A stretch of 64,000 nt of DNA, taken from NCBI GenBank assembly GCA_963755025.1, contig CAVWIH010000026.1, positions 1 to 64,000 on the forward strand, given 5' to 3'. Numbering within the stretch: position 1 is the stretch's first letter; each line of letters begins with the position of its first letter. The position numbers and the translations under genes are program-made. Positions 1 to 9,654 of this stretch are shown here, piece by piece. The notes beneath the pieces are model-generated. The model had not been told where the DNA came from and did no database searches. It worked only from the letters and a program-made list of their open reading frames with translations. This DNA comes from an uncultured Actinomycetes bacterium (lineage in GTDB: Bacteria; Actinomycetota; Thermoleophilia; UBA2241).

Positions 1-90
1 CTCGATGATCGGCAATCCGAGCCGCGGCAACTGGATCATGCTGAAGACGTTCATGTCGGGCGGTTCGGGCTCGATCATGCGTATTCTCAT
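1..90 (-). CDS. 5' end (runs off window) of probable B12-binding radical SAM protein
   Basis: ATG at 90 preceded by GAGGTGAG; MRIRMIEPEPPDMNVFSMIQLPRLGLPIIE resembles the N-terminal PxLGL segment of B12-binding radical SAM enzymes; only 30 codons visible. Confidence 0.5.
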   Translation of the reverse strand, partial: MRIRMIEPEPPDMNVFSMIQLPRLGLPIIE

Positions 91-243
91 ACTCACCTCA
101 ACTGCCCTGCGGGCTTCTGGCGACGCCTACGCGAACACGCGCGGCGGGGGGACATATGGTCGGACGTGAATCAATCCACGCTACCGCACCGGTACGCTCC
201 AAGTCAAAACGCGTGCTCGAGCTCTGGGCTCGCGCGGCGGGGG

Positions 244-1226
244 CTACAGCAGGTGGATGAGGGCGTAGGCGCCGGCGGCCATGAGGCCGCCGCCGGCAGC
301 GTGAACACCCAGGCCCACGCGATGGAGCCGGCCACGCTCCACTTGACCTTGCGCAGGCCGCGGGTAGCGCCGGCGCCCATGATCGAGGCGGTGATCGACT
401 GGGTCGTCGAGATCGGAAAGCCGAAGTGGGCGGCGGTGTAGATGACGGCCGCCGAGCTCGTGTCGGCGGCAAAGCCGTGGATGGGGTCGAGGCGCACGAC
501 CTTCTGGCCCAGGGTCTTGATGATGCGTCGCCCGCCCGAGTAGGTGCCGAGCGCCATGGAACAGGCGGCCACCACGATCACCCAGCTGGGGATCGACGCG
601 CTCGCGGCGAGGTGGCCCGACGTGATCAGCGCCAGGGTGATCACGCCCATCGTCTTCTGGGCGTCGTTGGAGCCGTGGGCGAAGGCCACGGCCATGCTCG
701 ACAGCGGCTGCAGGCGGCGAAAGCGGCGCTGGACCGGCGCCGGCGCCCAGCGGAACACGAGCAGCAGCAGCGCGTTCATGAGCAGGAAGGCGACCAGCAG
801 GCCGATCACCGGCGAGCTCACCATGGGCACGATGACCTTGTGCACGATGCCGCTCCACTCGACGCCGCTCGAGCCCACGGCGACCAGGGTGGCCCCCACG
901 AGGCCGCCGATCAGCGCGTGCGATGAGCTCGAGGGAATGCCGAAGTACCAGGTGATCAGGTTCCAGGCGATGGCCCCGGCGAGGGCGGCGAGCACCACGG
1001 TCTGCGAGTCGGTGGGCAGCGTCACGAGGCCCTTGCCCACGGTCTTCGCCACGTTCTGGCCGGCGAAGGCGCCCAGCATGTTGAAGGCGGCGGCCATGAG
1101 CAGCGCGACGCGTGGCGACAGCGCGCGCGTCGAGATAGAGCAGGCGATGGCGTTGGCGGAGTCGTGGAAGCCGTTGGTGAAGTCGAAGGCCAGGGCGACC
1201 GCGATGATGGCGACGAGCAGCAGCAT
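244..1226 (-). CDS. PiT-family inorganic phosphate transporter (apparent indel near 290)
   Basis: DFTNGFHDSANAIA, PSSSSHALIGG, HGSNDAQKTMG and PISTTQ motifs; last helix continues in the 244 frame; start overlaps the DUF47 stop (TGATG). Confidence 0.92.
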
Positions 1227-1843
1227 CAGGTGTTCTTGAGCACGATGCTTTCGAGGATGTTGGCGATGTCCTCGCATTGGTCCATCGCGCCCTCGAGCGT
1301 CGTGTAGATGTCCTTCCACTTGATGATTTCGCACGTCTCCATGCCGCCGTCGAACAGCTCGGCGACGGCGTCGCGGTAGAGCCGGTCGCCGTCGTTCTCG
1401 AGGCGGTTGATCTCGATCCAGTGGTCGTCGAGGCCCTTGCGCTTCTCGAGGCCGTCGATGGCGATGCGCAGCACGGCCGTCTGCTTGGCGAGCACGGCGG
1501 CCTGCTCGACGGCGTGGCTCGTGGGCTGCTCGATGCGGTAGAGCACCATGAGGTCGGCGGTCGCCTCGATGCTGTCGAGGATGTCGTCGAGGGTCGAAGC
1601 CAGGTCGTAGATGTCCTCGCGGTCGAGCGGCGTGACGAACGTCTTGGCGAGACGCTTGATGATGTCGTGCACGACCTTGTCGCCGACGTGCTCAAGCTCG
1701 ATCAGCTCCCGCGCTGCGCCTTTCAGTGTGCTGAAATCGTTCATGGCGCTGGCCAGGAGCTGCGCGGCCTGATCGAGTGTGGTCGCGAACTCGGAGAACA
1801 GGCGGAAGTACTCGCGCTCCTTTGGAACGAGGCTGAGTTTCAC
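1226..1843 (-). CDS. DUF47 / PhoU-like phosphate transport regulator
   Basis: EHVGD...TFVTPLDREDI...LDDILD and ENDGD...KWKDIY motifs; GTG start with AGGAGG RBS; classic partner of PiT. Confidence 0.92.
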   Translation of the reverse strand: MKLSLVPKEREYFRLFSEFATTLDQAAQLLASAMNDFSTLKGAARELIELEHVGDKVVHDIIKRLAKTFVTPLDREDIYDLASTLDDILDSIEATADLMVLYRIEQPTSHAVEQAAVLAKQTAVLRIAIDGLEKRKGLDDHWIEINRLENDGDRLYRDAVAELFDGGMETCEIIKWKDIYTTLEGAMDQCEDIANILESIVLKNT

Positions 1844-2102
1844 GCGTTCGCCTCCTGAAGGGGGTCGTCGACAACGGTGCGCCCTCCGGCGGAGGGCGCC
1901 GCCGTATGTTAACGGAGCGTGAGCAAGGTGCAAGCCGAGGGTGTGCGGTTGCAGAGCCACCCCGCCTTCGGTAGCCTGACCCTCGCGTCCATCGCGGCAC
2001 CAGCCGCTGTTCGGCGCATCTTGTATCAAGCTTCTTGTCCGTGCGCGACCCGCGCCGGTGTAAGAAGGTCTCGCTGACGGCAGCAGTGCGAAGGAGGACC
2101 TG

Positions 2103-2753
2103 GTGACCGACGAACTCTACTCTCAGATGGCCCAGTCAGTGATCGACGGCGAAGACGACACCGCCGCCGCGCTGGCCCAGAAGGGCCTCGACGCCGGCCT
2201 CTCGGCCGCCGACATCCTCGACAAGGGCTTCGTCAAGGGCATCGAGCACGTCGGCGAGCTCTTCGGCAAGGGCGAGTTCTTCCTGCCCGAGCTGGTGCAG
2301 GGCGCCGAGGCCATGAAGGCCGCCGTGGCCGTCCTGCAGCCCGCCCTCGACGCCTCCAAAGAAGGCCGCAAGGCGACCGGCATCGCCGTGGCCGGCACCG
2401 TGGCCGGCGACATCCACGAGATCGGCAAGACCATCGTCTGCTCCATGCTCTCAGCGGCCGGCTTCGAGGTCACCGACGTGGGCTGCGACGTGGCCCCCGA
2501 GACCTTCGTCGCCAAGTGCGAAGAGGTCAAGCCCAACCTCCTGCTGCTCTCCGCCCTGCTGACCACCACCATGCCCAACCAGGCAAAGACCATCGAGGCC
2601 CTGAAGGCCGCCGGTCTGCGCGACTCCATCAAGGTCATGATCGGCGGCGCCCCCACGACGCGCGCCTGGGCCGACGAGATCGGCGCCGACGGCTACGCCG
2701 AAGACGCCATCGAGGCCGTAGCGGCCGCCAAGACCCTGCTGGGTGTGGCCTAA
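2103..2753 (+). CDS. Methyltransferase cognate corrinoid protein (MtmC/MttC-like)
   Basis: Cap domain (GEFFLPEL) plus GDIHEIGK (DxHxxG), SALLTTT and GGAP motifs; GGAGG RBS. Confidence 0.92.
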   Translation: MTDELYSQMAQSVIDGEDDTAAALAQKGLDAGLSAADILDKGFVKGIEHVGELFGKGEFFLPELVQGAEAMKAAVAVLQPALDASKEGRKATGIAVAGTVAGDIHEIGKTIVCSMLSAAGFEVTDVGCDVAPETFVAKCEEVKPNLLLLSALLTTTMPNQAKTIEALKAAGLRDSIKVMIGGAPTTRAWADEIGADGYAEDAIEAVAAAKTLLGVA

Positions 2754-2804
2754 GGGTCGACCGAGCTCTGCCCACTCGTGGGCAGACCCGTGGCAACGCT
2801 TGGG

Positions 2805-2843
2805 GGGCGGGCGGCGCGCAAGGCGCGCCGCCCGCCCTCTTTT
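2805..2843 (+). terminator. Intrinsic terminator after corrinoid gene
   Basis: 15-bp stem GGGCGGGCGGCGCGC/GCGCGCCGCCCGCCC followed by TCTTTT. Confidence 0.7.
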
Positions 2844-2874
2844 GACGATTGGCCGCGGGTATACTAGCCCGGCA

Positions 2875-4044
2875 GTGCTGCCCGACCCCGACACCTATCT
2901 CGACCAAGTCGAGGAACGCTTCGCGACGTCGACCGATTTCACGATCGGCCTCGAAGAGGAGTACCAGATCCTCGACCCCGGCAGCCTCGCCCTCACGGGC
3001 GCCTACGAGCTGCTGCGCGACAGCGCGCCGCCGGCGCTGCGCGACCAGATCTTAGGCGAGCTGATCTCGAGCGAGATCGAGATCGCCACCCCCAAGTGCG
3101 AAGACTTCGACGAGGCCGCGCGCGACGTGACGGCGCGCCGCCTCGCTCTGTTCGCCCACGCGCGCGAGCAGGGCTACCTGCTGGGCGCGACCGGCACGCA
3201 CGCCTTCTCGTCGTGGCAGGACCAGCGCATCATCGACACGCCGCACTACCGCGGCGTCGAAGACAAGCTGCAGTACGTCGCCTGGCGCAACAACACCTGG
3301 AGCCAGCACATCCACATCGGCATCCGCGGCATCGACCGCGCGATCGCCGTGTGCGACGCCATGCGCGCCTTTCTGCCGCACCTGCTCGCCCTGTCGGCCA
3401 ACTCGCCCTGCATCGACGGCGTCTGGACGCACCTGCACTCGGCGCGCACGCAGACCTTCGTGCGCATGTTCCCGCGCTGCGGCATCCCCGACATCTTCGG
3501 CACCTGGGCCGAACAGCGGCGCTACTTCGAGCTGCTCTTCTCCACCGACTCCATCCAGGAGTTCACGCAGGTCTGGTGGAGCGTGCGTCCGCACCACTCG
3601 TACGGCACCGTCGAGGTGCGCATCTGCGACGTGCAGACCGAGCCCTGGCAGACCCTCGCCGTGCACTCGCTGGCGCTGGGCCTGGTCGCCACCCTGGCGG
3701 GTATGGTCGACGAGGGCCGGCCCCTGCCGGTGCGCGAGACGCGCTGGATCGAAGAGAACCTCTGGCGAGCCATCCGCTACGGCCTCGACGGCAAGCTCAT
3801 CGACTGGGACCGCGGCGTCGAGCAGCCGGCGCCCGAGGCGCTGCGCGGGCTCGTCGAGTGGGTGCGGCCGGCCGCCGAGAATCTGGCGCTCACCGCCTAT
3901 CTCGACGACGTCGAACGCCTGCTGACCGAGGGCAACGGCGCCCAGCGCCAGGGCCGGCTGCTGGCCGCGGGACGCTCCATCCACGAAGTGCACGCCGATG
4001 CGGTCGCGCTGGCCAACGCGATCCCCGCCGACGACCGGAGGTGA
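2875..4044 (+). CDS. YbdK-family carboxylate-amine ligase (GCS2)
   Basis: TIGLEEEYQILDP, HIHIG, LALSANSP, WWSVRPH and GTVEVRICD motifs; start uncertain (GTG 2875 follows TATACT at 2860-2865). Confidence 0.88.
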   Translation: MLPDPDTYLDQVEERFATSTDFTIGLEEEYQILDPGSLALTGAYELLRDSAPPALRDQILGELISSEIEIATPKCEDFDEAARDVTARRLALFAHAREQGYLLGATGTHAFSSWQDQRIIDTPHYRGVEDKLQYVAWRNNTWSQHIHIGIRGIDRAIAVCDAMRAFLPHLLALSANSPCIDGVWTHLHSARTQTFVRMFPRCGIPDIFGTWAEQRRYFELLFSTDSIQEFTQVWWSVRPHHSYGTVEVRICDVQTEPWQTLAVHSLALGLVATLAGMVDEGRPLPVRETRWIEENLWRAIRYGLDGKLIDWDRGVEQPAPEALRGLVEWVRPAAENLALTAYLDDVERLLTEGNGAQRQGRLLAAGRSIHEVHADAVALANAIPADDRR

Positions 4045-4051
4045 CGGCCCC

Positions 4052-4711
4052 ATGACCAACGACGAACGCGCCGCGGGCGACGAGCGTCCGCTGACCGACC
4101 AGGAGCGCGCCGACCTGTACCGCGAGCAGCTCAAGGCGCTGCACGTGGTCGACCTGGTGCGCGACATGATGGTGACCCTGGTCACCGTGGGTTACGAGAA
4201 GCTGGGCCTGACCGACCAGACCAGGGAGCTGCGCGACCTGCGCGACGCGCGCGTGGCGATCGAGGCGTTGCGCCGCCTGATCGAGGTCGTCGAGGCCGAG
4301 GGCGACCCCGACATCGCCAGCCTGCGCTCGACCCTCGCCCAGATGCAGCTGAACTTCGCGCGGGCCAGCACCGAGCCGCGCCCGGCCGCCGAGAGCGCCG
4401 CCCGTTCGGCCGCCGAGCCCGCCCCTTGGGCCGCCGAAAGAGCCCCTGAGGCCGCCGAGAGCGACGCACCTTCGGCTGCCGAGCTCGCTCCTCAGGCGCC
4501 TGAGAGCGCTCGCCCGCCGGCGGCGGGGGAATCTCCCCAGAGTGCATCATCCGAGGCTGAGTCTCGTGCTGCGGTCGAGGGTGAAGGACAGGCTGCGAAG
4601 GGCCCCGCGGAGCCCAAGCCGGCCAAGAAGCCGGCGGCCAGAAAGCCTGCCGCCAAAAAGAAGGCCACGACGGCCAAGAAGCCCGCGGCAAAGAAGCCGC
4701 CGACCAGCTAG
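4052..4711 (+). CDS. DUF1844-like protein with long Ala/Pro/Glu linker and Lys-rich KKPAA tail
   Basis: GYEKLGL...RDLRDARVAIEAL...LRSTLAQMQLNF resembles DUF1844; GGAGG RBS. Confidence 0.6.
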   Translation: MTNDERAAGDERPLTDQERADLYREQLKALHVVDLVRDMMVTLVTVGYEKLGLTDQTRELRDLRDARVAIEALRRLIEVVEAEGDPDIASLRSTLAQMQLNFARASTEPRPAAESAARSAAEPAPWAAERAPEAAESDAPSAAELAPQAPESARPPAAGESPQSASSEAESRAAVEGEGQAAKGPAEPKPAKKPAARKPAAKKKATTAKKPAAKKPPTS

Positions 4712-4749
4712 GGCCGTCGCGGCGCGGCGGCGCGGCGCGGCGCGGTGAG

Positions 4750-4806
4750 GTCAGCGGCGCGGCGCGGTGTCAGCGGCGCGGCGCAGTGAGGTCAGCGGCG
4801 CGGCGC
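4750..4806. repeat. Three copies of GTCAGCGGCGCGGCGC (duplicated 3' end and stop of the nitrilase gene)
   Basis: Seen directly; the third copy is the end of the CN hydrolase CDS. Confidence 0.6.
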
Positions 4807-5619
4807 CTGGCGCTGCTGTTCGGCGACCGGCTCGACGAGCGAGCCGTAGAGCTCGGGCCGGCGGTCGGCCAGGCAGGCGTGGCTGTCGGGGCGCCCGGCG
4901 CGCACTTCGTCGACTATGCGCGGCCGCATCTCGGCGATCAGCATCTCGGCCCGGTCGCCGGCGTCGGCCAGGACCTGGCCCGACGGGTCGACGATGCGGC
5001 TGTGGCCTGCGAACTCGGAGACGCCGTTGTCGCCGGCGTGGCCGGCGGCCGCCAAAAAGCAGCCGTTCTCGATGGCGCGCGACACGGTGGCCACCTGCCA
5101 GATGCGCAGGCGGGTCTTGCCGAAGGCCGCGACCACGATGAGCAGCCGCGCTCCGGCCAGGGCGAGCGCGCGCGAGATCTCGGGAAAGGCAATCTCGTAG
5201 CAGACGAGCACGCCGCACGGCCAACCGGCGATCTCGCCGGTCCACAGCGTGTTCCCCGGGGTGAAGAGCTCCTTCTCGGCGCGGAACAGGTGGGTCTTGG
5301 CGTAGCGCCCGGGGTCGTGGTTGGGGCGCAGAATGGCGACCGCGTCGTAGAGCACCCCGTCGCGCAGGTCGGGCACGCCCACCACGGCGGAGACGCCGAG
5401 CGTGTCGACGGCCGCCTGCATGCGGGCGAGCGCAGCTCGCGCCTGGGCGGCGCGCTTGACCATGGCCTGGTCGACGAAGTAGCCGCCCAGGAACAGCTCG
5501 GGAAAGACGACCAGCTCGACGCCGTTGTCGCGGGCGTCCTGCAGGCGCGCCAAGCCGGCCCGCAACGTTTGGATCATGTCGGGCGGAGCACTCAGACTTT
5601 GCACGACGCCGATACGCAT
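4792..5619 (-). CDS. Nitrilase-superfamily carbon-nitrogen hydrolase
   Basis: Catalytic E-K-C context FPEL, YAKTHL, VCYEIAFPE; RAIEN and GHSRIVDPSG motifs. Confidence 0.92.
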   Translation of the reverse strand: MRIGVVQSLSAPPDMIQTLRAGLARLQDARDNGVELVVFPELFLGGYFVDQAMVKRAAQARAALARMQAAVDTLGVSAVVGVPDLRDGVLYDAVAILRPNHDPGRYAKTHLFRAEKELFTPGNTLWTGEIAGWPCGVLVCYEIAFPEISRALALAGARLLIVVAAFGKTRLRIWQVATVSRAIENGCFLAAAGHAGDNGVSEFAGHSRIVDPSGQVLADAGDRAEMLIAEMRPRIVDEVRAGRPDSHACLADRRPELYGSLVEPVAEQQRQAPRR

Positions 5620-5621
5620 GG

Positions 5622-6353
5622 CTACCCCTTGGAGGCTTCCCAGAACAGGCGCTCCTCGAGCGTGTCGCCCGGAGCGACGGTGATGAACTCGTCGTCGTCG
5701 GCCGGCGCCCCCACGAGCTTTTCGAGCAGGCGCAGCGAGCCCGGCAGCACCTCGAGCGGCAGGTCGTAGAACTCGCAGACGGTGCGCAGGTAGGGGTCGT
5801 AGGCGGCGAGGTCATAGGTGCCGGTGTCGACCAGGGCCACGCGCCGGTAGTGGGCGAGGATGAGGTGGGCGATCTCGCGCGCCTTCTGCTCGCCGTATCT
5901 CGGGACCATCTCGAGGTACTCGTGGTAGGGGTCGCGGATGTATTCGATCCAGCCGCGCGTGTAGTAGTAGGTGCCGGGGCAGCCGGTGAACTGGCGCAGG
6001 TATTCGTCGCGCGAGCCCAGCAGGATGGCGATACAGTCGTCGACCGCGGGCAGCACGAGGCGGTGGGGCCCGGCGACCAGGCCGGCCGTGCCGTTGGAGC
6101 AGCGCCCGTAGGCGAGCAGGATGGTGCGCGCCCCGGGGGTGGCCGCGATGCGCTCGTTCAACTCGGCGCGCAGGCGCTCGGGGTAGTTGTGCAGCTGGCC
6201 CTCGCAGTACTCGACCTCGAGGTCGCCCGCCACGCGGCTGACTTCGTCGCGCAAGGTGTCGCAGGCGATGATCTTGGGCGGCAGCTGGCCGGTCGGCAGC
6301 TCGCCGGTCGGCTGGTCGGTGTGGCTGGAGGGCAGGTGATCCATATCACTCAC
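5622..6353 (-). CDS. DUF1638 domain protein
   Basis: IIAC, LHNYPERL, YGRCSNG, DDCIAILLG and GTYYYTRGW motifs. Confidence 0.8.
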   Translation of the reverse strand: MSDMDHLPSSHTDQPTGELPTGQLPPKIIACDTLRDEVSRVAGDLEVEYCEGQLHNYPERLRAELNERIAATPGARTILLAYGRCSNGTAGLVAGPHRLVLPAVDDCIAILLGSRDEYLRQFTGCPGTYYYTRGWIEYIRDPYHEYLEMVPRYGEQKAREIAHLILAHYRRVALVDTGTYDLAAYDPYLRTVCEFYDLPLEVLPGSLRLLEKLVGAPADDDEFITVAPGDTLEERLFWEASKG

Positions 6354-6386
6354 AGGGTAGCGCGCGGGGCGGGCGGACGCGACTGC

Positions 6387-8036
6387 TCAGGCCGTGGTCG
6401 CCCGCTGGCGTTTCATGGCGTACATGCTGCGGTCGGCGGCCAGCAGGAGCTCTTCGGGCTCGCACCAGCCCGAGGTCTGCAGGCCCATGCTGGCGCGCAG
6501 GGGAGAGCCGTCGGGCGCGCGCCGGTTGCGGCGGTCGATGGCGGCGTCGATCTTGGCGAGCACCTGGTGGGCGCCGCGGGCGTCGGTGTCGGGCATGAGC
6601 ACCACGAACTCGTCGCCCCCGTAGCGCGCCACGGTGTCGGTCTCGCGGCAGCTGTCGGCGAGCAGCTGGGCGAGCTCGCGCAGGGCGCGGTCGCCGGCCA
6701 TGTGGCCGCGCTCGTCGTTGGTCGCTTTAAGGTCGTCGACGTCGATGAACAGCAGGCTGATGAGGCCGCCGTTGCGGTGCACGCCGCGCATGGCCTGGTC
6801 GAGCGAGAGCTCGAGGTAGCTGCGGTTGAAGACGCCGGTGAGCCCGTCGGTGCGCGCCAGCACGTCTTTTTCGCGCATGAGGCGCTGGTTCTCGAGGGCC
6901 ACCGTGGCCTGGCTGGCGAAGGTCGCGAGGATCGTCTTGTCGTCGTCTGAGAAGCGTCGCGGGCGTTCGAAGAACACAGACAGCGCGCCCGAGGTGCCCT
7001 TGTACGACTGCAGCGGCGCCGTGAGAAAGGCGCGGTAGCCGCCGGCGGCCACGATGGCGGCGTCGGACAGCGGCTCGAGGTCGACGTCGTTCACGGCGAT
7101 CGGCACGCCGTCGCTGATGGCGCGCCCCGACGCCGACTTGTCGAGGGGCAGCACGAACACGCGGCAGAACTCGGGGCTCAGGTTGTGGACCTCGTCGGCC
7201 ACCAGCGTGCCGTCTTTGAGCATGAGCAGCGCGGCCTTTGAGGCGTTCATAAGGCGCGCCGCTTCGGCGACCACGGTGGGCGACACGGCGTGGGTGCCCA
7301 GGCTGCGGTTGACGGTCTCGACCGCCTCGAGCAGGCGCCGTTCGCGCTCGACGCGGTCGATCTGCTCGCGGAACAGCAGCGCGTGCTCGATCGCCGAGGC
7401 GAGCTGCGCGCCGGCGGAGCTCGCGAAGTAGACGTCGTCGGCCGAGTAGGAGCGCGTGTCGCGGGTAGCCACGGCCATCACGCCGAGCAGGCGGCCCTGG
7501 GCTTTGAGCGGCGTCGCCAGGATGGTGGCGAGGCCCTCGGCGGCGGCCAGCGGCAGCGTCTTGTTGGCGGCGACGTCGTCGACCACGACGGTCTGCTGCT
7601 CGCGGGCCACGAGGCCCACGACGCCCTCTTGCGCGCCGATCGTCGAGATGGAGCCGGCGTAGCCGGCCGACACGCCGCGATGCAGCGCGAGCTGCAGCGA
7701 TTCGTTGGAGGCCAGGACGATCCAGCCGGCGTCGACCTGCAGGATCTCGATCGCCTTGTCGAGGCCGGTGTTGAGCACGGTGGAGAGGTCGAGCGACGAG
7801 TTGACCGCCGACACGATGGCGTTCAGGGCGACGAGCTCCTGGTTGCGGCGCTCGACTTCGCGGGCGAGCTCGCTGGGCGGCCGCGTGTTGTCGGACAGCC
7901 GGCAGCCGGAGCAGGTGCGCAGCGCGACCTCGCGGGTTGGGCCCAGGACGAAGGGATCGCGTTTTCGACAGTACCAGACATCGATGGCGTCGCCGTCAAG
8001 GTCGGCCTGGTAGGAGTCGAGGAATTTGCAGTCCAT
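6387..8036 (-). CDS. GAF-GAF-GGDEF diguanylate cyclase with short Cys-rich N-terminus
   Basis: TDGLTGVFNR, intact RYGGDEF with RxxD I-site (RETD); two GAF-like regions; ATG 8036 with GGGAGG RBS. Confidence 0.9.
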   Translation of the reverse strand: MDCKFLDSYQADLDGDAIDVWYCRKRDPFVLGPTREVALRTCSGCRLSDNTRPPSELAREVERRNQELVALNAIVSAVNSSLDLSTVLNTGLDKAIEILQVDAGWIVLASNESLQLALHRGVSAGYAGSISTIGAQEGVVGLVAREQQTVVVDDVAANKTLPLAAAEGLATILATPLKAQGRLLGVMAVATRDTRSYSADDVYFASSAGAQLASAIEHALLFREQIDRVERERRLLEAVETVNRSLGTHAVSPTVVAEAARLMNASKAALLMLKDGTLVADEVHNLSPEFCRVFVLPLDKSASGRAISDGVPIAVNDVDLEPLSDAAIVAAGGYRAFLTAPLQSYKGTSGALSVFFERPRRFSDDDKTILATFASQATVALENQRLMREKDVLARTDGLTGVFNRSYLELSLDQAMRGVHRNGGLISLLFIDVDDLKATNDERGHMAGDRALRELAQLLADSCRETDTVARYGGDEFVVLMPDTDARGAHQVLAKIDAAIDRRNRRAPDGSPLRASMGLQTSGWCEPEELLLAADRSMYAMKRQRATTA

Positions 8037-8171
8037 GAGCCTCCCTATAGTAGCATAGGCCCTCGTCGCCCCGGGCCGTGATGCCCTGGTCCGCGCCGTG
8101 CCTCGCGGCCCGGTCGCCGGCCCGGTATCTCCCTGCAAAGCGGCGACGTCGGCGGTCGAAGGAGGACAATC

Positions 8172-9024
8172 GTGAAGATTCAGAGCGTACTGGTCGCGGG
8201 GGCCGGACAGATGGGCGCCGGCATCGTGGCCGCGGCCGTCCAGGCCGGGGTGCAGGCGACCATGATCGATATCGCCGACGAGTACGTCGCCAGGGGCAAG
8301 GCAGGCATCGAAAAGCAGTTCGCGCGGGCCGTCGAGAAGGGCCGCATCGAGCGCCGACGAGCGCGACGCCGCCCTCGGCCGCATCAAGACCGGGCTCGAC
8401 CTGGCGGCCGGCACCGGCGCCGACCTGTTCATCGAGGCGGCGCCCGAGTCGCTCGACATCAAGCGCGACCTGTTCGAGCGCGCCTCGGTGCTGCTGCGTC
8501 CCGACGCCCTCATCGCCAGCAACACCTCGAGCCTGTCGATCACCACCCTGGCCGCCTGCGTCACGCACCCCGACCGCTTCGTCGGCATCCACTTCTTCAA
8601 CCCCGTGGCGGTCATGGCGCTGGTCGAGGTCGTGCGCGGCACGGCCACCTCCGACGACACCGTGGCGACCGCGCGCGAGTTCTGCGAGGCGCTAGGCAAG
8701 ACGCCGATCACCGTCAAAGACTCGCCGGGCTTCGTCGTCAACCGCATCCTCTTTCCCATGATCAACGAGGCCGCGCAGGCGCTCGCCGAAGGCGTGGCGA
8801 GCGCCGCCGACATCGACACCGGCCTCAAGCTGGGCGCCAACTTCCCGATGGGCCCGCTGGCCCTGGCCGACCTCGTCGGCCTCGACACCAGCAAAGCCAT
8901 CCTCGAGACGCTCGAGCGCGAGCTGGGCGACTCCAAGTACCACCCCTGCGCCCTGCTCGGCGAGCTCGTCGCCCAGGGCAAGCTCGGCCGCAAGAGCGGC
9001 GCGGGCTTCTTCACCTACCGATGA
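8172..9024 (+). CDS. hbd: 3-hydroxybutyryl-CoA / 3-hydroxyacyl-CoA dehydrogenase (indel near 8355)
   Basis: GAGQMGAGI Rossmann motif, ASNTSSL, GIHFFNP, PGFVVNR, PMGPL and GRKSGAGF. Confidence 0.88.
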
Positions 9025-9645
9025 GCGCCGGCGCACGCGACGGCGAGCCGGCGAGCGGCGGCGAGCGTCCGGCCGCCCCGGCGCGCACGGGCTACGTGCA
9101 GGTCTACACCGGCGACGGCAAGGGCAAGACGACGGCCGGCTTTGGCCTGGCCATGCGGGCCGCCGGCCACGACCTGCGCGTCCTCGTGCTGCAGTTCATG
9201 AAGGCCGACCCCACCTGGGGCGAGATCGTCTCGGCGCGCCGCCTGGGCATAGAGATCGAGCAGGTCGGTCTCGACCACTGGGTGCACGTCGGCGGGGTCA
9301 CGCCCGCCGACCTGCGCGCGGCCGCCGCGGGCTTTGCCCGGGCGCGCGACCTGGTCGGTGAGCGGCGCCTACGATCTGGTGGTGCTCGACGAGCTCGCCA
9401 CCGCGCTCTACTTCGAGCTCGTCCCCCTGGCCGACGTGCTCGCCTTGCTGGCCGCCAAGCCGTCGCACACCGAGCTGCTGCTCACCGGACGGCGCGCCCC
9501 CGACGAGCTCATCGCGGCCGCCGACCTGGTCAGCGAGATGCGTCCGGTCAAGCACTACTTCGACGCGGGCGTGCACGCCCGCGAGGGCATCGAATACTCG
9601 GCACGAGATCGCAAACGAGACCGGTCGACGATCGACCTGACGTAG
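9021..9645 (+). CDS. cobO: Cob(I)yrinic acid a,c-diamide adenosyltransferase CobO/BtuR (indel near 9355)
   Basis: YTGDGKGKTTA, QFMK, YDLVVLDE, LTGR, ADLVSEM, KHYFD and REGIEY motifs. Confidence 0.88.
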
Positions 9646-9654
9646 GATAGCGCC

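Noticed and set aside
2842-2865. TTGACG...TATACT as a complete sigma-70 promoter for ybdK
   Set aside because: Spacing is 12 nt rather than about 17; only the -10 is credible
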